Shown piece by piece: positions 13,170 to 27,200 of a stretch of 64,000 bases of DNA. The notes beneath the pieces are model-generated. The model was given only the letters and a program-made list of their open reading frames with translations, made no database searches and was not told the DNA's origin. Numbering within the stretch: the first letter of the stretch is position 1; every line of letters starts with the position of its first letter. This stretch comes from Callorhinchus milii (taxonomy: Eukaryota), in contig NW_024704743.1 of NCBI RefSeq assembly GCF_018977255.1, forward strand, positions 83,578,001 to 83,642,000, read 5' to 3'. Both the position numbers and the translations under genes were made by a program.

Positions 13170-14015
13170 AGGAGATATACTAGGCTGATACCGAGTATGA
13201 ATGGTTTGGCCTATGAGCCGAGACTGGAGGAACAGGGCCTTTTTCCATTGGAATAAAGTAGGTTGGGGAGTGACCTGATTGAAATCTTTAAAATTATGAA
13301 GGGTTTTGAAAGAGTTAATAGGAAGAAATCATTTCTACTGGTTGGTGAGTTGGTAACTAGAGGACATCAATTTAAGATAGTTAGTCAGCAAAATAATAAT
13401 AATAATAATCCTTGCATTTGATATCGCGCTTTTCACGTCAGGAGGACATCCCAAAGCGCTTCACAGACCACACTGTAAAGTGAATTGACTGTATATTTGT
13501 GGGCGAACGCGGCAGCCAATTGCGCACAGCAATGTCCCACAAACAGTCGTAGATTAAAAATGACCAATTTATTATTGGTTTTTTTGGAGGGATTATTATT
13601 AGGAGTGTGGAGTAAGGAAACTTGCCCAAGGTTTCGCCCTGCCTGGAATTGAACTCAGGTCTCTCGCTTGCAAAGCGAGTGCTCTAACCACTGAGCTACA
13701 GGACTCCACAAAAGAGCAAATGGGGAGGAGAAATGTTTTCACACAGAGAGGAGTTAGCATATGGAATGCCCTGCCTATGGAAAACAACAACACAATTACA
13801 TTTCTATAGTGTCTTTCACATAGGGAGAACATCCCATGAAGCGTGGTTGTGGAAGAATCCATATTGGACTTCAAGAGGTAACTAGATAAAAAGAGAAAGC
13901 TATGTGGGTATGGGGAAAGGGCAGGTAAATGGGATTGAGAGCGATGCTCTTGAACCAGCACAGACACGATGGGCCAAATGATCTTTTCTGTGCTGTAACC
14001 TTCTATGGTTCTAAT
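13170..14015 (+). mobile_element. CR1 3' fragment with nested SINE (13394-13709) and nested L2 tail (~13783-13845)
   Basis: RLIP...GLAYE.RL...DLIEIFKIMKGF coding remnant; GACACGATGGGCCAAATG...TGTGCTGTAACCTTCTATGGTTCT tail. Confidence 0.8.
13394..13709 (-). mobile_element. tRNA-Ala-headed SINE, short form
   Basis: Near-identical reverse complement of 9001-9336; CAAAA on both sides. Confidence 0.92.
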
Positions 14016-14025
14016 TTTCTTGAAG

Positions 14026-14710
14026 ACAACAACTTGCATTTACATTCATATGGGTAGCATCTTGGAGCACTTAACAATTGATGGCAATTAGGATCCATGG
14101 CGATTTCAGGAGAGGGGAAGTGGCTGTAAGCACAGTCAAAGAGGAAGGTCTGAAGATGGGCAAGGAGAGGCCATGGTGGAGGGATTGAGGCAGAGAGTTC
14201 CAAAGTTTTGTTGCGTAGTGGCTGAACGAATGGCCTCCGATGGTGGAGGGGATGAGGGACGTGCAGGAGGCTGGAGCCAGCTGAGTAAAGGAGGTGGGTA
14301 GTGGAGTGGGGTGTAAGGAGATCAGAGAAGTAGTGAGGTGCTAGAGCATGAATTGATTTGTAAATAAGTGTGAGGCTATTAAAATTGATCTGTTCTGCAA
14401 CAGGGAGCCAGTGTGGGGTGATGGGCCATGGAGTCTGATACGGGTGAGAAAAAGGGCAGTAGAGTTTGAGAACAGCTGGATTTTGTAGGTGGTGGAGCTG
14501 GGGAGACTGGCAAGGAATGGTGGAGGAAAGCAGTGCTTTCAGGGATTGAATGTGTGGTAGGAAGGACAGCTGGAGATTGAACCTGATCCCTAGGGTGCGC
14601 ACAGGTTCAGTGAATCTGAGGGATAGGCTGGAGAGATCGGAGTCACAGGTGGAAAGACATTGATGGGACCAACAGAGGATAGCTTCTGTCTTGTCAATAG
14701 TCAGCCTCAG
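14026..14710 (-). mobile_element. L2 LINE 3' fragment, decayed
   Basis: HWLPVAEQINFNSLTLIYKSIHALAPHYFSDLL motif; (TTG)n-type tail. Confidence 0.75.
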
Positions 14711-15399
14711 AAAGAATGGAGCTTTGAAGATTAAACGTTAGTAAAATATGGAAAGCCTCCAGTATAATCTTGCCATTAGTTATTGGAATTGGTCTACTTA
14801 CCAGAAACTTAAGTCTGCACTGGGGAAGGATTGCGGAGATATCATAGGAACTCCGCAATCCTCCCCCAGTGCAGACTTAAGTTTTACAATCTCTCCCCAT
14901 TGTCATGGCTAGGACTGGAAAATATCCCTTTGAGTGGAACTTTGCAAATGTTGATCAATATTGGAATTCAATATGTATTGTGGCTCATTATTCTCTTGTG
15001 CTGCAACTGTTAGACTGACTAAAGAAGATAGGTTCCTCTTAACAGAAATAGAGATAGTACACTACTTGGATATTCTGTATTGTAGTGCAAGACTACATTG
15101 ATGTATTAAACATGGCCAATACCTGTCATGCCAGAAAGCTTCCAGTCTTTGAAACAATTATGCTGAAAGATTTCTGATGTTGATGCAACAACAAGAGAGA
15201 AGGGAGTTTTTAGGGTGATTTTGAAGGGAGAGAATAGGAGCAGGAAAAGCAAAGTTCCTCTCTGTGTAACCATGGGAGGATGAAGGTAATAGATACAAGG
15301 TAATAGAGTCTTTCGCAGGAGAGAATATAGCCTGCAAAATATTATATGAATTAAGGCCTATGGAGGGTGGAGCTAGGGAGGCTAGCAAAGAGAGCATTG

Positions 15400-15752
15400 G
15401 AGTATTTTTGTGGGCTAAAAACATTAGCCAATTAGCACACAGCAATGTCCAAAACACGGCTATGGAGTGAGTGACCAATTTTATTTGGGGGATTGTTGGC
15501 CAGGACACTGGGAGAAACTCCCTACTGTTTTCAAATAGTACCATGGGATCTTTAACTTCCATCTGAACAGGCAGCTGGGATCTCGGTTTAACATCCCATC
15601 TGAAGGACAGAATGTCTGACAATGTAATCCCCCCCCACTCAGCACTGCATTGGAGCATCATCTTAGACATGTAATTTCAAGTCCCAATGTGGGGCTTGAA
15701 CTCACAACCTTCTGACTCAGAGGCAAGAGTGCTATCACTGAGCCAGGCTGAC
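15400..15752 (-). mobile_element. Deu-type tRNA SINE
   Basis: Head GTCAGCCTGGCTCAGTGATAGCACTCTTGCCTCTGAGTCAGAAGGTTGTGAGTTCAAG followed by the Deu-like body. Confidence 0.8.
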
Positions 15753-17639
15753 ACACAAACATTGCCTTTCTCCCTGCTGGTGATCCCCATGTGCTTTGAG
15801 AGGTTCATTGGATTTGAAAACCACGATAATTACAAGTTGTACCTACATCACAAACCTCTCAGACTAATTGTTTCTAAGGGAAGTTGAGCGGTTACATGAA
15901 CAGTCTGCAATGCAAACTATTTAAGTGTCAAACTTAGAGAGTGAATGTAGATGCAAGATGACTTTATTTATCACAGCCTCATATGGTTACTTGCTTTAGT
16001 CATTTTATATTATAGTCAGTATTCTATATTATAGTATAGTATTATTTTATTTCAGTAGTCAGTACAACTCAGAATCCTGAGTCTAACCTACTATTGTGTC
16101 ACAATGTAAGTTCTTACTGATATAATTGGATATAATTGATATGTATAACAATAATTTTACATTTATATAGCAGTTTTCATGAAAACACCTCAAAGTGCTT
16201 CATGGAACCCAAATTGAGCTGTATAGAAAGACCGCTAACACATAATCTTGTACTTCATTTTACAGATTACAGTTTAAACAAGAGAAACTTTTATAATCAA
16301 AGCCCAGCAAAAAAATACATTGCGAGAGGATTCTCAAAGGAACAGATTTTTCTTAGATCCCTCGGAAAATTAAGAACCGCATTAAATGCTTGCTTAAGTG
16401 CTTTTATAGCTGAGTTCAGAAACTAACTGATCACCAGAAATGAGAAAATAATCTCCAACTCATTGTATGGCAGATGTAATTTAACATTTGTTCCATGCTT
16501 CACTCTTCAGTTAGTTTGAATTACAAACTCTTCATGCTAATAGGGTTGTTATTTGGTGATATTTTAATTCAGAATTTAAAAAAAGCTCTGGCCTCCAATC
16601 TCCTGAAGTCTATTTCAAAGCCACCTATAAATCAATGTGAGTTAGATTAGACTGACCTTGTGATTCAAATTCCCGCTTACCACAAAAGAAAACCACAATG
16701 GGAGCATGTGTTGGGCTAGTCATTTTGTACTGTCTGGCGCGGTAACTGGGTCAGGGCAGAGGTGAGTGTGAATGCTGAGATAACATGTTCAGCTTCCATT
16801 GACCTAATCTGAAGTGAATGCAATTTCTCAGTGTAAATGCGTTTTATAGGAAGCACTGACATAATGTTAATTGTGCTGGAATCTCTTCTGAAAACAAGCA
16901 GCCTATCCAATTCAGCGCTGCCAAAGCTTTTCATACAATCTGCCCTTAGATTATTCTGAGTAGTCATTCCAAAAATAAGCATATATTTCAGCACACCCAA
17001 ATTTGTTTAGTAGACAACTCATTCAACTTGCTGAATAGCTGAACTGTTTTTACTTCCAGTATTTAAACAGGCAATTTTATTTCCTTATGGTTTGTTCATG
17101 TACAAAGAGTTTTCTAGGAAATGCACCCGAGAATGCAAAGTATTGATTTAGAATGCATTTAGAAAGTACTGTATTCAAGGAGAAACATGCACTCCCATTG
17201 GATGGGACAAGATTATTAAAGGCGAAATTAAAAGAGACCTAGGTGCGTTCGATCATACATTGCTCAAATTGTTGAAACCATATGTTTAAATTACTGTAAA
17301 CTGCTAAATTACTTTAGCGCAGAAGCTTAAAATCTGCAAGGTCCTAGCTGTAAAATCATGACTTTAAATTTAAAATTGTACTCAATTTTGGAAAACTTAT
17401 AAATTCAGTCTTAATTTAAAAACTGGTTTTCCTGCAAGTTCTTAAACTTTTGCTTAACTTCGGCAGAACGTTGGAATTGTTATTCCTTGCACTACTATTG
17501 CTAATTGAGTTATAAATAGTGATCTGTGAAGTAGCAGAAAATACCAATTGGCACAATTGGAACAACTGTGGTCATTGATGTTGAGAATAAATAGGAATTG
17601 GTGGCCAGCAATGCCTTTGACTGGCTCTGAGCCCACCAA

Positions 17640-18340
17640 TACAACAACAAAATTACATTTGTATAGCACCTTTCACGTCGGGAGGTCGTTCCAAGGCGCT
17701 GGACAGTCAGAGTTTCGGACTCAAGCTGGAGGTCAGGATTGGGGAGGGTGGAGGGCGGGGGGGAAGCCGGGTGATTGAAAGCATGGTCGAAGAGGAGGGT
17801 CTTGAGATGGGTTTTGAAGGAGGAAAAAGAGGGGGCGAGGCAGAGGGACTGTGGGATGGAGTTCCAGAGGGTGGGGGCAGAGTGGCAGAAGGCCTGCCCA
17901 CCAATAGTGGGACGAACGAGGTGGGGGACGTGAAACAGGCTGGAGCCCACTGAGTGGAGAGAGTGAACAGGATGGTAGGGGGTTAGGAGGTTGCAGAGGT
18001 AGAGGGGGAGCAAGACCATGGAGGGCTTTGAAGGTGACGACCAGGATCTTGAACTGTATCCTCTGAGTGATGGGAAGACAGTGGAGTCGAGCGAGAATGG
18101 GGCTGATAGGGTCATGGAGCCTGGTGCGGGAGAGGACACGTGCTACAGAGTTCTGGATGATCTGCAGCCTATGGAGGGAGGAGTTGGGGAGGCGACAAGC
18201 AGGGAGTTTGCATAGTCAAGCCTCAATGTTATGAATCCGTGTATGAGGGTTTTGGTGGGCTGCAGTGTGAGACAGTGGTGGAGCCAGGCGATGTTGCGGA
18301 GGTGGGGTAAGGCAGAGATGTGGGGTAGTGGGTCATGGCA
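17640..18340 (-). mobile_element. L2 LINE 3' fragment
   Basis: LIHGFITLRLDYANSLL and RPTIGGQAFCHSAPTLWNSIP motifs; stem-loop tail with (TTG)n. Confidence 0.88.
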
Positions 18341-19494
18341 CAATGAGAGAATATGTGTGGGGTGGGGGGGGTGGTCACAACCAAAATTAGTCAATGATGC
18401 TTGCATTGTGTAACAAACATGTTCCATTCCTGCAGCAAAAATTGGGCCTTTAGCAAAAAGTCAGCCTAGCATGGATATAATAGGTACAGTATTATGAATG
18501 ATACTTTTAGAGCAGAAAAATACAATGCCTTTGCTTAAAGGCAGAGAGCTGCAACTTCGAACAATTGGCAGGTTTGACAAAAGAGTAAATCTGACCTAGT
18601 TCCAGCTGTTGTTTGTAAAACAATTATATATGTATATATATTTATTTATTGTGTCTGCGTGTGTTGTATATACAGTACTGTAGTATGTGTTCATCAAAAT
18701 GAAAGATGACAGGACTGGGATTTGAAACATTTTTCCACTTTACTGCAGCAACCAACATGAAGTGTTTCCATGCCGGGTATGACACAGGTCAGATACAATG
18801 CATTGCTCTTAGGTAGTTGCCTTAGCAACGAACAAGGTTAAAGTACAGTATTCTAGCAATGTAGTTACTTAGCCTCCCGACAAGGATCACCTTTGTCTTA
18901 CTTTGAACTGGCTCTGTATAGGTTTTAATATAGGATATTGTTTAAACATTTAACTGGTCATACTGTATTTGGACACATTGTTCTTTGTAAAATACATTCA
19001 AGATTATTCAAAAGCTGGAAGAAAGGCCACAAAAACAAACTGAAATTGGGTCAGCTTTACAAAGATACATCAATAAACAGCAATATGTCTCTTAATATTA
19101 GGCTAACTTTAACTGGTCTCACTTTACAATAATGGTTTCTTTCTCTCTGAGCTGTGAGTAAAGTTGGCATCTAAAGAGGTCAGAAGCAGAGAAAAGAGGA
19201 TTTTCTTTGAATTTCATTAATGATTACAAGTTTGATATTGCTTGATCCTGGATAGAATACCAGGCTTGGCCAAACTATGGTTAGAAAATATATATTTTTT
19301 GGAATAGGCACGTACCATCATATGATCAGGAAAGACAGTATTGTTGAGAATATATGAAACTAGCATTAGTCGGAAAAATATACCTTTGAAAAATGATAGT
19401 GTATCAATCAAATGGTTATTTTATTGCTATGCAAAGCATTGGTCGGACAGTACTGTGGGCAGTTCTGTCATTAGACATGACAGCTGAGTGACAA

Positions 19495-19745
19495 TGAGTG
19501 TCGGGAGGCTATTTCAACCATGGTGGCTTCGCAGTTAAGCTTGATCATTTCCTCACCATGTACCCACTCCAGCAGATGTTACTGGAAAGAAATGACTATG
19601 CATCACTCACTGATGTTTTTTCTCTCTGCTAGGTTGTAGCACATCTTACTGCTGCCCCAGGTGAGAATAACTAATTCAACATTAACTGGAATTGCCCAGA
19701 TCTGCATGATTCAATTGTACACTAGCCCATAGTTTTACTAACCTA
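19495..19745 (-). mobile_element. Ancient, highly decayed SINE-like repeat; related copies at ~24620-24830 (+) and ~32465-32680 (-)
   Basis: AGGCTATT(T)CAACCAT is shared with 32586-32600. GTGCTGAGTTA...GGCTGAGGATAGGATCAGG at 24.6-24.8 kb matches the reverse complement. Confidence 0.5.
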
Positions 19746-22359
19746 ACAATGGAGAACCTAAGCAACGCTAGAAGCTGACATCACCATTACACAGAGCTGA
19801 TCACGAAGAGTCTTCCTTATCAGTGAAATGCATATTTTATCTCAGCACCGTCGATGTTGGTAGAATTAATTTACCCTTCTCACTATTCTTGTTCCGCTGC
19901 TTTCTGTCCTTGATATTTCTTTGAGGGATGTCCAATAAAATCGATTTCCTGTTCAGCAGCACTAGAATAGAATCATTTTCAACTTCAGCCCTCTTTTGAA
20001 TATATTGCATTACTTACAGTTATGCCTTCATATTTCTTTCTGCAATTTAAATCTTTAGACAGTTCTTTGTTATCTATAGGTGAAAAGGATAAATTGAAAT
20101 TATTGATTGAATCTCACACTTTACACAATTTATATATACCAGACAAAGGGTCATGCTGCTTGCATATATAACTGTGCTGTTAAAGTTTCAACAGTATGAT
20201 TCACAGGACAGTATTGTTTAATGGTTCATGAAAATTACAGTGTGAATTCTACTTGCTCTTACACCTGTCACATTGTGAAATAGTACTTCTTGACAGATTG
20301 ACACCCCAAGGTGCAAAACATGCATTTTGACTTAGTCATAATACATCTTCGTCAAGCTGTAATTACAACTGTCACTGAATATGCAAGTTGCTTTCATTTT
20401 AGAGCTCTGTTGGATATGATGAGCTATCTTTGCAAAACTAGTGAAAAGATCAAGTCAAATTTTTTTAAAAAAACTTAGCTCAAAAGACTTTTATACGACT
20501 AACGTGTTCATCAATATCAAGGTGCATTGCAGGCGGTGTACGAACGTGTGTTCATGAACTCGGACTCCAGGTAATGCCTTCGAGCAGCTGTCACCACAAT
20601 CCTCAGAGTTTCCTCATCAGCTATCTGGCGGGCATCTGCCTTCAGCGTAGGATGAATGGAATTCTCACTTTGGTTAGGATACTCTTAAGCACGATGATGG
20701 GCTTCCGTATGTGTCAGACACCCTGCTGATCAAAAAACAAGTCAATATGAATTTAGGAAAATGAACACCTTGGTAAAACTTTGCACATATTCTCTTTTCC
20801 TTTGAGCAGAGATAACTCTAGAATAATACAGCAAGGTTACAATAATAATTGTTGCATGTGATATAGCGCTTTATCAAATCATCGATACATCTCAAAGTCC
20901 TTGTAATGTCATGGATGAATGCAGTCAATTTGCATACAGCAATCACCCACATAAACACCCATGAAATGAATGACCAGTTTCATTTGGAGGATTGTTAACC
21001 AGGAGAAATTCACTTCTCTTTTCGAATAGTGCCGAGGGATCTTTAAGGACCACCTAAACAGGACCTTGGTTTAACGTCTCATCTGAAGGACTGAGTTAAA
21101 CAAGTTTCAGTGCGTCTTGAGCAGCTGTAAGAAGTACAATGTGGAGAGAGTTCTGGAAGAAAGAAATATAGTTGTTTTTCAGGTGCTAAATAATTGTGGC
21201 ATTGTGGATGAACATGGTTTACAAATGAGACTATTACAGCAATTGATGGGTGAATGCAATTCATTTGCTAAATTGTTTTTGAACCATTACTTGCAGTGAT
21301 ATACAGTAGTATACTAACCAGAGGCCTGTAAGACTGTTTTTACTTAAAATTTAGGATGGTGCAGAATTGCTGAAGATTCTTAATTTCAATTTTAATATAG
21401 AAGCCAGCTCTTTTTATGTGCTGCAGAAAAACAGAAATATGAAAGATTTTGGCACAAATCTGCACAATTTTAAATTTTAAGACAGGTCTTGGAATCCTTT
21501 AAGTGGAATTTCAGGCCTATGATCTGATGTGAAACAGTATCAAAATATTATAGAAGATTTAGCAAGCAAGATCACTAGCCTGCCCTGTGTGTTCTGTCAT
21601 GCAGTTTATTATTAACAATGCCTAACTTATAGCTTAACCAGTTGTTTAAGAGGTATAGAAACATTCCATTCTTTGTATGAAAATCTTAAAGGGGCCAAAA
21701 TATCCACTAATCGTTCAAAATTCCAAGCAAAAATTGAGACAGAGATTGAGACAGGATTCTTCTGACCCTCCCCTCTTCACCTATCACAACCGACTAGACT
21801 ACCAATAATTGGTTTTACTGTATTTTGGCGAATGCATTTTGTCCTCCAATAAAAGAATACCGTTGTGTTATCTTTTCCTGGTTTTCTCTTCTTACAGTCA
21901 GAGTCCCCCTCCCCCTTTCCAAAAGGAAAGGACAAGTGAACTTCTTCCAGGCATTGGCCAGCTAACAGCAGACGTGCATCAGTATCCTTGTCATGGAATC
22001 CCGAGAAGATACTTTCTTAAAAAAAAAGGTTGGCTTGCGTCCATCTGTTGGGATTGGAAATTTAACTTTTGTGTTGAAAATTTCCAGACTTTACAAATCC
22101 CGCATAGGTTGAGTACAAATGTTCACCTGTCCTGAGGTTTACACTTGATCTTTTAACAGTAATTACACCTAGAACAATTTTCTTTTTAATAAAGATCACA
22201 ATACACCAGCAATTATAAAGCTGCCTACTGCTCTAAAATGTCACTGTACAAATACTATAATGTCAATCCGAGGTCTGAGAAGATGATTGTTCTCCACAGA
22301 GAGGATTTGTTTGGACAATACTGGCATCCTCGTAAAACTGCTTGATATTTCAATGATTC

Positions 22360-22725
22360 CCAAACTTTGTCTCTTGCCAACCTGTCCCTACCAACCTGCC
22401 CGCTTCCTCCGTTCAGTCTGCTCCATGTCTCCCGCCCGAACCACCCTACCATTGGTGGCCGGGCTTTCAACATCTCTGCCCCCACATTCTGGAATTCCAT
22501 CCCATGGTTCCTTTGCCTCGCTTCCTCCCTTGCCTCCTTCAAGGCCGGTCTCAAGACCCTTCTCTTTGATCGTGCCTTTGGTCGCCCTCCCACCTCTTTG
22601 CCTTCCCTCACCCCTACACCATCCCTCCCCCATGCTCGGGTCCTGACCCCTAACTGTCCAGCGCCTTGGGATGTCCTCCTGACCTGAAAGGCGTTCTATA
22701 AATGTAATTTTGTTGTTGTTGTTGT
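22360..22725 (+). mobile_element. L2 LINE 3' fragment
   Basis: HPTIGGRAFNISAPTFWNSIP...FKAGLKTLLFDRAF followed by the L2 tail. Confidence 0.85.
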
Positions 22726-23604
22726 GCTTAATATTCTCTGGAATTAGGCAAGCAAGTTTTGTCTCCCAGGCGAGAGTGCACAACCCATTCCAAGCATAGG
22801 GAAATATCCATGTGTAGGTGGCATACACATGAGGAACTCTCAAATCAATGTTGGATCTCTTAAGCATGGTGATGTGTTTTTAAATGTATCAGACATTTGG
22901 CTGACGAAACAAAATAGACAAGGCAACATTGGTCTGAGAAACTTTGGAAAATAAAGTATTCAGACAGCAAAGTCTTTGATTAATCGATCACAGTTTAGCA
23001 TTCTAGCAAGCTTATTTTCATTTGATAGCAGTGGCAAATCAGATAAGCAGTAAATGATTGCATAGCTCAACAACATCTACAGGAATAGTTACAAATCGAT
23101 CTGAAAGGCATACAGACTTCAAGACACCGGGTATCGGTTTCAGCTCATAGAACACATTTGAATACATCGAATGGTGGAGTATCATCCTTTCCAAACATTG
23201 CAGAATGAATAACTTTCAGAAAATATGTAACAGACAGTTACTAACACTCAGGCTTGCACACAATACATATAGCTGTACAAGCAATGATTAGCCAGGAACA
23301 AATTGGGACTTGCAAAAATGTGCTGACTTCTGATATAGGTAGCGAACAGAGCCAACCTGAGTCAGATTATACAAGTAATTATGGAATTTAACTGCGTTGA
23401 CCTGCATTTTGAGATTTCCCCCATTCTAATAGAACTGCTTACCAATTATCAAACGAGATACAATAATGAACTTAGTAAAATCAGTTTTGACCATCATTAA
23501 TCTTTTATTTTAATAGAATTTGTCATGGTCACATTGTATTTCTTGTTATGCTTATTTACGTTTACATGACTTAGCTGCACTTGGTCAGTATTGGAGGTTT
23601 ATAA

Positions 23605-24250
23605 AAATAATAATTCTTACATATATATAGTAACTCTCACATCATGAGGATGTCTCAAAATGCTTCACAACATATGCTGTAAAGTATAGTGACTCTGTAT
23701 TTTGTTGGCAAAACTTGAAAGCTAAGTTGCGGACAGCAATGTCCCACAAACAGCCATGAAGTGAATGACCGATTTTAATTTGGGGGATTGTTGGCTGGGA
23801 GAAACTCCCTTCTCTTTTCCAATATAGCGGAGGCCGCTGAAGCCAGACACATCGGGGGCAGTCCGTTTTGTCCGGCTTAAACAGCGTCTGATGTTTACCA
23901 AAGTTCCAGATTGTTGTCCAAATTAACCGGCATATTTAAAACAGGTAGGAATACAAATGAATCGGGGATGGGCGTTTTGTTCACTTTACCTGGCATCTGG
24001 GGGTTAACTGGCATCCAGCTAAAGTGGCTTCTACTGTATTGCCATGGGACGAACATTCATCTGAGAGGGCAGACATAACCTTGGCTTATCGTCATATCTG
24101 AAGGATGACGCCTCCAACAATGTAGTTCTCTGCGAGCAATACTGTGGAGTGTAACCCTGGACTATGTGAGTTCAAAGTCCTAATGTGGGGTTTGAACAAT
24201 AACCTTCTGACTCGAGAGGTGAGAGTGGTACTAATTGATCCAGGCTGATA
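23605..24250 (-). mobile_element. Deu-type SINE interrupted by a MITE
   Basis: SINE body resumes (AATA|TTGCCATGGG) on both sides of 23825-24036. Confidence 0.78.
23825..24036. mobile_element. Tc1/mariner-pogo (Tigger-like) MITE, 212 bp
   Basis: Imperfect TIRs TAGCGGAGGCCGCTGAAGCC / rc CAGTAGAAGCCACTTTAGCT; TA at 23823-24 and 24037-38. Confidence 0.7.
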
Positions 24251-27200
24251 CCTAATAATTGAAGAAGGAAAATTTTTTTTTCAACAAATCCTTATTGAAC
24301 CACTCAATTTAAGGTGATTCTCTCCTCAGAAGGTACTGAATGCTCTATATTGTCCAATCATCTAAATTGGACAAAAAAGTTCCGCCAAGTATATATGAAG
24401 AACTCTAAAAATAAAGCAACTTATGGTTTGGATGACAGCACTCCATGTTCTCCCATTTCATAAATTATGTTACTGGCTTCATTGGAACTCTAGGCTCTTC
24501 AAAATCAATGAGTTATGAATCATTTTGCTTCAAAAATAATTGTTTAAAATTTTCAAAAAGAAAAGTAACAGGAAAGCTCAGCAACATTGTTACAATGAAT
24601 GTGAGAATGAACCATTCAGGCCAGGAATGTTTTAGTGTTGATTGTTGGTCAGTGCTGAGTTAACATTATTCAGGTTGGAAGGGCTGATGTAATTACGAGT
24701 AGCCTCAGCAATGCCAGCCTAGGAAGGGAACGTCAGGATCTCTTACCGTGATTTCCATCCTGATGTCTATGTCACTGGGTGCTGGCTGAGGATAGGATCA
24801 GGTTTGGCCGGCATATGCTGTTGAAACACAAAGAATGGTCTCTTTGACAGTTGTGGTTCAAATCCCGCATCAGGACTTTGAACTCATATAGTCTAGGGTG
24901 ACATGCCAATGCATTGCTAGGAGAGAGCCACATTGTGGGAGATGGCATCTTTTGGATATGATTATAAACCAAGGTTATATACACCTATTCAGTGCTTAAG
25001 AACTGAACTCCAGCACAAATCTCTGTCATCAAAGGGGCATGAGAGAAAATCCAAAAGAAAATTGGAGAACACAAAAAAAGTAATTGTGATATAATGGGAT
25101 AAAATTTAGGAAGTGTGATATTTTTCACAAAATTGAAAAGTACGGTTGAAACAGTCAATAATTATCAACAACAAGAACAACAACTTGCACTTATATCGAG
25201 CCCTCCACTCAGTATAGTGTCTCAGAGCGTTTAACAACTGATCTACAGGTGTGACCTCCTCTCTGACATCAGAGGTTGGGCCTGAAGCCATTACTAGCTG
25301 CCATTGGAGTTGCTGTTTCTGGAATAAATCTGTTTTTAATAGCCTGCTCTGTTATGTTGCAACATTTTGTAATGTATTCAACTCCATGTACTTACCAGAG
25401 TGGCCCACACCATAAACTGTGTGTTTCAAAATGGCCTTTGTCCTTTTCAACGACTAGTACAAAGTGATGCTATTCGTACAGAAAATAGATAGAGCAAAAA
25501 GAGTTAGTTCAAAATGTAAAGCCCACCAGCAACCAAGCTCTGGCTGGCCAAGAACATACAAAGGTATAATACCTCCAGAAAATTAGCTCTGCTTTCACAA
25601 CACTCCTCATCCACAGACAGAGGAGGCTGCCCCCCAGTGGCCCATTTCTGTCCTTTCCAGAATATCACTGGCTTCATTCTGTATAATTACAGTATTAAGG
25701 TACTGTGTTGGCCAAATCCTGAATTCTTAAGTAGAATTTCCCTACCTCCTCCCCCATTCCAAGTTGTCAGAGAAAGAATATATGGCTTTAGAATGAACTG
25801 TGCCCAGTTAAGATCATTTTCTAGCTTTTATAGACAGTGTTAAGCTCTGAAGTATTCTGATGTAAAGTTGCTACAGTTAAGTTTTATTAGTTACGTTTTG
25901 GCAGCCTGGTTTCAGCAATGAAGCACTCTGATTTTACATTTTGTACTTATGTTAGCATCCTTGCCACAGAGTGGAATACATTGACAGAGTCCAGGTTTGC
26001 CCCTACAGCCTGGTTATGCAGCTATTTGGTAAACAGTTGTGCTGATCCTGAACACTAAATGTTTCTGAAGTTGAGTCATAGTTATTCCCTAACTAACAAT
26101 TCCATTTTTGGAGAACTTTGCAAAACTACAAAGATTACACAAAGCAAACTTACTTTTCTGAGTTCTGCAAGTCAATGGTGTATAATCTCTGTCACCACCC
26201 CCACCCTACCCATGCCCTCCACCCCTCCTGACCCCAACTCCCTGCTCGGGTCCAAAAAAACCCTGACTGTCCAGCGCCCTGGGATGCTTTTCCAACGCGA
26301 AGGGCATTACAGAAGTGTAATTTGTTGTTGTTGTTGTTGTTGTACAATTCAAGTTACAGGACAAAATAATTTCAGGGTTTCCCAAGAAACAAAACCCATA
26401 AATGCTAAATCGGAATGAAAACACAGAAAGTGATAGAAATACGATGAGAAAGAAAAGTTATCATTTTTGGAGTGAGACCTAGCCATTCCGATGAACAGTC
26501 CCACCCAAATCAGTACACAATTCCAGGTATCATGGATGACAACAGAAATGCCTGTGGGAAAGTTGTTCAGTGAATACAAATAAATTTAAAGAACTACCAA
26601 ACTGTAAAAATACATGCCAGTGTTGTCACTAAGTCGACACTACCTTAAAGCAAAACTGCAGGCTAGCTGTTGAAATGTAATGGGCTCAGACTTGCTAACA
26701 CTGCTAACAGGGCTTATATTCAGGTGATAGTCATGATGTCTTACCAACTGTTCAAAAAGTCTCCATCCTATTTATTATCAGTTATTCAAAAAATGATGGA
26801 AATCAAACCACCTAGTGTCTAAAAATTTCCTCCAGCATCATAGGGATCAAAATTACACTTTATGTCTTATTTAATACATCAAATGGATCTGGATGTGTAT
26901 GTTGCAGCCTGCGATGGTTCTCATGTCTTGATGTACGTGCAAATTTTATTAACGCTTTCGTACTAAGTGGCCTCTGCTTCTCTCCTAACCATGTCGATGT
27001 GAATCCCTATTTCAAACGTGATTCAACCAAGTCAGAGTCACACGCAGACAGGTATTCCCAGTTAACCCCAATGTCTGGTAACTGGAATATCTAATCGGAG
27101 TCTGCTAACACTAGTAGACCTCCGATGTTGACAACTATGCCATGAAGTGCTTACTCCTTTCTGTCTAGAATACTACAGAGACTCGAAGATACATTCGGTA

